Source of the DNA: Macrostomum lignano
Taxonomy: Eukaryota
Length of the DNA: 64,000 nt
Direction: 5' to 3'
Assembly (NCBI GenBank): GCA_002269645.1
Contig: NIVC01000677.1
Location: 124,001 to 188,000 of the forward strand
The number at the start of each line of letters is the position of its first letter. Within the stretch, counting starts at the first letter, position 1. A program made the position numbers and the translations under genes. Under the pieces are notes generated by a model. The model ran no database searches, was not told the DNA's origin, and saw only the letters and a program-made list of their open reading frames with translations. Positions 58,701 to 64,000 of this stretch are shown piece by piece.

Positions 58701-59783
58701 TCCAGAGACGAGTTCTCGTTCAGTCCTGGCGAGTCGATGATGTCGATGCCGTGTCGCAGGAACTCGCACTTGATGCCGGCCTCGACAGTCGAGCTGATGA
58801 GCTCTTTATTCTCGCGGTCCTTGTCCTTCAGCTTGACGAGGTCCTCCTCGATTGTCGGCTTCTCGAGGTACTGGACGTCTCCGATCTGCTCGCCGGTCTT
58901 GGATCGCACGAGCACGTAGATTCGGTCGGAGTAGGTGAGCCGGGTGACTCGGGCGGTGCACGGGGACTGCGACTGGGCCACGAAGGTGCCGCCTGCAAGT
59001 ATCGAGCACATTTTACATTATGAAATTACGCTCGTTCCTGGTTTTTCTGGCTCAGAGGTTCTCATCAGCTGCCGGATTTTCTTTCAAGTGGAATCTAAGC
59101 AGCAAAACTAAGCTTGCTGTGTGTACAGTGATTTCTACGAATTTAAAAAAATTTCAGTTCTCATGTGAGAAGAATATTAATCTATCTGTTTGGCAGGAGT
59201 GAAAATGGTATTAAATTTTTTAATAATGCTGATCAATGCATCGGGAGTTTTTTGAATGTGATATCAACTTATTGGGTGAATTTCCATTGAGAGAAAAGAA
59301 ATTAAACTTCAATTATATCACACATACTACTGTAATCTAACAATTCGTGGTTCCTATTGAGCAGATCTAAATGGATTTTATGGATACAAGCTTGAGAAAT
59401 GACAAAAAACATTGACAGCGCTGACATGGACAGAATTTTATTTAACAAAAGTTAAACAGCTGCTCACCCAGAAGTTCATTGATGAAGGAGCTCTTGCCCG
59501 ACTTGGTCTGTCCAACAATGATGATGCACGGCTTGCTGCTGTCACTGGAACCCGTCTGGTTGCCCCTGTACAGCTGGTTGACCTTTTGTCTCACGGGTTC
59601 AAATTTTAGCGACTCTTTCAATTTTGCCGAGAATTCCGGAGACAAAGCCTTCGAAAAGCTTTCCGTTAACAGTCTCTGCGTAGTGTCCAGGTGCTCTTTG
59701 ATCAGGTCCCGGTTGCTTCGGAACTCGGCGATCTCCTCGTCCAGAAAGCCGATCGGCTGCGCCTCCGCTTGCGGGATGGCCAT
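55792..59783 (-). CDS. Paralogue B: dynamin-like GTPase + helical region + canonical protein kinase (DSTYK-like), 7 exons, ~929 aa
   Basis: Exons: 59783-59468, 58992-58619, 58439-57386, 57257-56873, 56780-56534, 56460-56282, 56026-55792 (2790 nt, open, GT-AG, same intron positions as A). Motifs: GQTKSGKS, DSPG, TKMD; GSGAQGEV, AAK, HRDVKLAN, DFG, GTPIYLAPE, DVFSLG, CW...RP. Confidence 0.9.
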
Positions 59784-60849
59784 GGCGGCTTTTTTGCAGC
59801 TTCAAGTCTCGGTTTGGGGCGCACAGAGAGCCACGCGTCTTTGACACTTCTTGTAGCCTGGAGAGGCAGTGCTTTGTATTCGAGCCCTCGTACGCAGCCA
59901 AAAGTGTCTGCCCTACTCCCTGGCCACTCCAGTGTACGCTTGGCTGGCTGGGTGCGCTGCTGCGAAGGCTTCTCTCTTCGAGCATTGGCCTTCGTTTATG
60001 TGGAGTTTAGGCGGAGTATAATTCAAACTCCGCTTCTGCACACCAGATTGCTCGAGGCCGCGTCGTTCACGATGCAGTTCAATTGCAAAAAAGATGGAAA
60101 ATTAGCCTTTGCATCTGTTAGAATGGGTGGGGCGCCAGATACAAAAGGGTTGGATGCGCGTTGGCTGCGTACCTGGTCCTCTGGCAGCTGTTGAGACGCA
60201 TTTCTGCATTCAATTCAAATAGCCGAAAATTGAGAATTTTAACAAAACATGAAACAAAGCAAAACAAAGAATTTGAATGCTTTGTTGAGCTCTACATGAA
60301 TATCAATTTGAAGCTTTTAAGTTGGCCAATTTATTAGCAGACTTTTAGAAAGTCGTTTTTTACGATTACCTACTTGTTTTGGCCAGCAGAACTTTTCTTT
60401 CATCGAAAAAACAAGGAGGCACCTGTACACTAGGTTGAAGGAACATTGATTAGAACGATCTGCTATGTGGGATCGTCTGCTGGTTTGCAAACACTGTTGC
60501 GAGAGTGAGCAATTTGAATTATACCAGTCTGACTTTAGACAATCGACTAGCAATCTAATGCGGCCCCCCGAAGGGAGGATGGGGCGCCCAATAAGCAAGG
60601 AGCAAAAATAGTTCATAGAAAGAAATTAAAAAAGCACATTTTCTTAAACACCAATTCCTTCTTCAGTTTTAAAAATTACTTTATTCATATAAAATTGTCA
60701 CGGACAATGATAAGTGCTATAAATCTCTTTTTTTCTAAAATTAACAAACAGACAACAAAATATAGCTTTCACAAAGACAACAGGCATTCCCGCTAAATAA
60801 AAATTATTCCCAAGACAGCAAGCATCCCCCTCCAAAAGTAAGCAACCAC

Positions 60850-61885
60850 AGATAGCAAGCATCCACCCAGATAGCAAGCACCCCCCAGATAGCAAGCATC
60901 TGCAGATAGCAAGCATCCTGCAGATAGCAAGCATCCTGCAGATAGCAAGCATCCTGCAGATAGCAAGCATCCTGCAGATAGCAAGCATCCTGCAGATAGC
61001 AAGCATCCTGCAGATAGCAAGCATCCTGCAGATAGCAAGCATCCTGCAGATAGCAAGCATCCTGCAGATAGCAAGCATCCTGCAGATAGCAAGCATCCTG
61101 CAGATAGCAAGCATCCTGCAGATAGCAAGCATCCTGCAGATAGCAAGCATCCTGCAGATAGCAAGCATCCTGCAGATAGCAAGCATCCTGCAGATAGCAA
61201 GCATCCTGCAGATAGCAAGCATCCTGCAGATAGCAAGCATCCTGCAGATAGCAAGCATCCTGCAGATAGCAAGCATCCTGCAGATAGCAAGCATCCTGCA
61301 GATAGCAAGCATCCTGCAGATAGCAAGCATCCTGCAGATAGCAAGCATCCTGCAGATAGCAAGCATCCTGCAGATAGCAAGCATCCTGCAGATAGCAAGC
61401 ATCCTGCAGATAGCAAGCATCCTGCAGATAGCAAGCATCCTGCAGATAGCAAGCATCCTGCAGATAGCAAGCATCCTGCAGATAGCAAGCATCCTGCAGA
61501 TAGCAAGCATCCTGCAGATAGCAAGCATCCTGCAGATAGCAAGCATCCTGCAGATAGCAAGCATCCTGCAGATAGCAAGCATCCTGCAGATAGCAAGCAT
61601 CCTGCAGATAGCAAGCATCCTGCAGATAGCAAGCATCCTGCAGATAGCAAGCATCCTGCAGATAGCAAGCATCCTGCAGATAGCAAGCATCCTGCAGATA
61701 GCAAGCATCCTGCAGATAGCAAGCATCCTGCAGATAGCAAGCATCCTGCAGATAGCAAGCATCCTGCAGATAGCAAGCATCCTGCAGATAGCAAGCATCC
61801 TGCAGATAGCAAGCATCCTGCAGATAGCAAGCATCCCCAAAATTGTAGAAGCATCCACCCAGATAGCAAGCATCCACCCAGATAT
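60850..61885. repeat. 18-bp satellite (GCAGATAGCAAGCATCCT), ~50 near-perfect copies
   Basis: Direct reading. Confidence 0.97.
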
Positions 61886-61892
61886 TGTTGAA

Positions 61893-63531
61893 TAGGGGTG
61901 TTCGGGATGGCATTTTTTTCGGGGTTCGGGGTTAACCCCGATCCCGAACATCTTTCGGGAATCCCGAACCCCGTCCCGAACATTTATCGGGAACCCCGAA
62001 CCCCGTCCCGAACCCTAATCCCGACCCCGAACCCCGATAACCCCGAAGTAAGCAGTAGCATGATATAAAAAGTGGTATTGACGGCTACTTACGACTATTA
62101 GCCTGTTCAGACTTTCAGTTCAACTTAAAATTAATGTGAAATTAATTTAAGGCAGGTTGCATTTCTTTTGTTTTCTTTTTCCAATAGTGAATCAAATAGT
62201 GAACTCAAGGTTCGAAAACCACTATTTATTCAGTATATTATTCAATTCCATCGATTACGAATACGAAATACGAACTAACGAACTTACGAACTCAACGGTT
62301 GTGTTCATTGTGCAACAATTTTGATGTGTTTGATGTGTGAAACATCATGTGCCTCTTTCTCTGCAGAGGTGGAAGCTATCTTATCAATCAATAATCAATC
62401 TCTCTTTTTCTTAATCTCGTTTACTTAGTCTTTGGTGGCATTGCCATTGATGCACGTTGACGCTAGTAAACACTAAAATAATCTGAATTCTCATGTCATC
62501 TAATCTAAATGATCAGACTACCAAGTGATAATAAAATATAGAACGCGAGTCACTTTGCAGTCTCTGGCTCAACGAATATGGCATACAGCTAATCGAATTT
62601 GTCTCGCAAGAACATTAACTTGCTGAGCGATGAGCTGAAAAGGATGCAGCGTTCCTTGCGCTTTAGAAAACCGGCAGCACTGAAGGCGCACTCTGGTGGG
62701 ACAGATGATGCTGGGGCAGTGAGGTGAAGCTGCCAGCTCTGGAAGATTAGCGGAGTTCTGCTTCCAGAATTCGCTGACTGCTACCTGAAAATTCTGCTGC
62801 GCCAGACTCCTGTACAGAGAAAGCTGATCAGCTGCTCTGCGCCTCGCTTCCTTCTTCCTCGCGTCTCCTCTGGCGCCGGAGTTCGATGCACTCGCAGTCG
62901 CATTGCACTCCTGAGTGGTAATTCCAGATAATCTGCAGAACTGCAAAAACTTGCATCCAGAGCTGTCTTCAGTACCCGAAATGACATTATCGTGCATCTC
63001 CTCGGTAGCGGCCATTGTATTTGCGCTGCTGGCATCAGCAGCGGCATCTTGCCCAGAAAGCTCCTGCTCAAGGCTCCAGATGACCTCACTCTTGAGATGG
63101 TTTTGGATGTCCACCATGTCACCCAGGTTTAGATGAGGCGATGCGACGATGGTATTGTCTAGAAAAGCAGCGGTCTTGTAGAACAAGATGTTGAAGTCTT
63201 TGCACTCAAACGTGTACTTGTTCAGCTGCTCCATAAGACGCCTCCGAATGGATCGATCGACGCCGTCAACATCAGCAGAAAGAAATTGCCGCAGACCATA
63301 GAGGACGACATTCTAATTCATAAGGATTTTTTCGTAGTTCTATGGGAATTCAGAAAATTTTCGAAACCCCGAAAACCCCGAAATCCCGGTCCAAAATCCC
63401 GTCCCGAACCCCGATCCCGAACATTTATCGGGAACCCCGAACCCCATCCCGAACATTCACCGGGACCCCGAACCCCGACCCCTAATCCCGACCCCGAACC
63501 CCGACCTAACCCCGAACCCCGAACACCCCTA
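61893..63531 (-). mobile_element. Complete non-autonomous hAT transposon (1639 bp) with a transposase C-terminal remnant
   Basis: Perfect 14-bp TIR TAGGGGTGTTCGGG / CCCGAACACCCCTA; exact 8-bp TSD TTGTTGAA (61885-61892 and 63532-63539); CCCGAAC subterminal repeats. The minus strand 62590-63234 encodes EFWKQNS.NLPELA / LTAPASSVPPECAFSAAG...LMFLR (hAT dimerisation domain, frameshifted). Confidence 0.95.
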
Positions 63532-63539
63532 TTGTTGAA

Positions 63540-64000
63540 GCATCCACCCAGATAGCAAGCATCCACCCAGATAGCTTGCAAGTATCCACCCAGATGGCAA
63601 GCATCCTGCAGATAGCAAGCATCCCCCAGATATTGTAGAAGCATCCTGCAGATAGCAAGCATCCCCCAGATATTGTAGAAGCATCCTGCAGATAGCAAGC
63701 ATCCCCCAGATATTGTAGAAGCATCCTGCAGATAGCAAGCATCCCCCAGATATTGTAGAAGCATCCTGCAGATAGCAAGCATCCCCCAGATATTGTAGAA
63801 GCATCCTGCAGATAGCAAGCATCCCCCAGATATTGTAGAAGCATCCTGCAGATAGCAAGCATCCCCCAGATATTGTAGAAGCATCCTGCAGATAGCAAGC
63901 ATCCCCCAGATATTGTAGAAGCATCCTGCAGATAGCAAGCATCCCCCAGATATTGTAGAAGCATCCTGCAGATAGCAAGCACCCCCAGATATTGTAGAAG
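63540..64000. repeat. 40-bp satellite (GCATCCTGCAGATAGCAAGCATCCCCCAGATATTGTAGAA), a higher-order derivative of the 18-bp unit
   Basis: Direct reading; exact 40-bp period. Confidence 0.96.

Larger units (their letters stand above)
60547..64000 (-). mobile_element. Non-autonomous Helitron-like element with 18-bp and 40-bp satellite arrays (runs off the right edge)
   Basis: The minus-strand terminus is GGGCGCCCC...CCCTTCGGGGGGCCGCATTAGATTGCTAG-T; its unique flank is homologous to 3030-3240. Confidence 0.7.

Noticed and set aside
60698-63982. ORFs of MLAICR / DACYLQ repeats
   Set aside because: They are by-products of 18-bp and 40-bp satellites.

Overview
Repeat-rich, intron-containing metazoan genomic DNA. 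A flatworm such as Macrostomum is my inference from the double alpha-crystallin sHSP, GC-rich exons and dense 15-40 bp minisatellites; it is not verified. Six protein-coding genes are supported, and the four multi-exon models were checked by hand for GT-AG junctions and reading-frame phase. They are: a 73-aa secreted acidic-propiece/cationic peptide (5562-5783, +); an intronless two-domain small heat-shock protein with a TATA box and two perfect HSEs (10504-11310, -); a 10-exon DUF4140/DUF4139 (F37C4.5-like) gene (13047-29343, -); a 4-exon PTB-polyQ-SH2 adaptor (38072-40988, +); and two tandem 7-exon paralogues encoding dynamin-like GTPase + helical region + kinase (DSTYK-like) proteins (43131-50808 and 55792-59783, both -). 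The strongest candidate for an undescribed system is this pair. One copy has a canonical kinase (GxGxxG, HRD, DFG). The other keeps an intact ORF but has lost those motifs (GSAAQC, HQD, PFG). Their GTPase core and part of the helical region are almost identical at DNA level, which suggests gene conversion. The rest of the window is transposons and tandem repeats: a young internally deleted Gypsy LTR element, RTE-like and RNase H-bearing LINE fragments, a Penelope-like fragment, a complete non-autonomous hAT element, hAT MITEs, tRNA-derived SINEs, Helitron-like satellite carriers, and many distinct arrays, several starting just inside intron donor sites.
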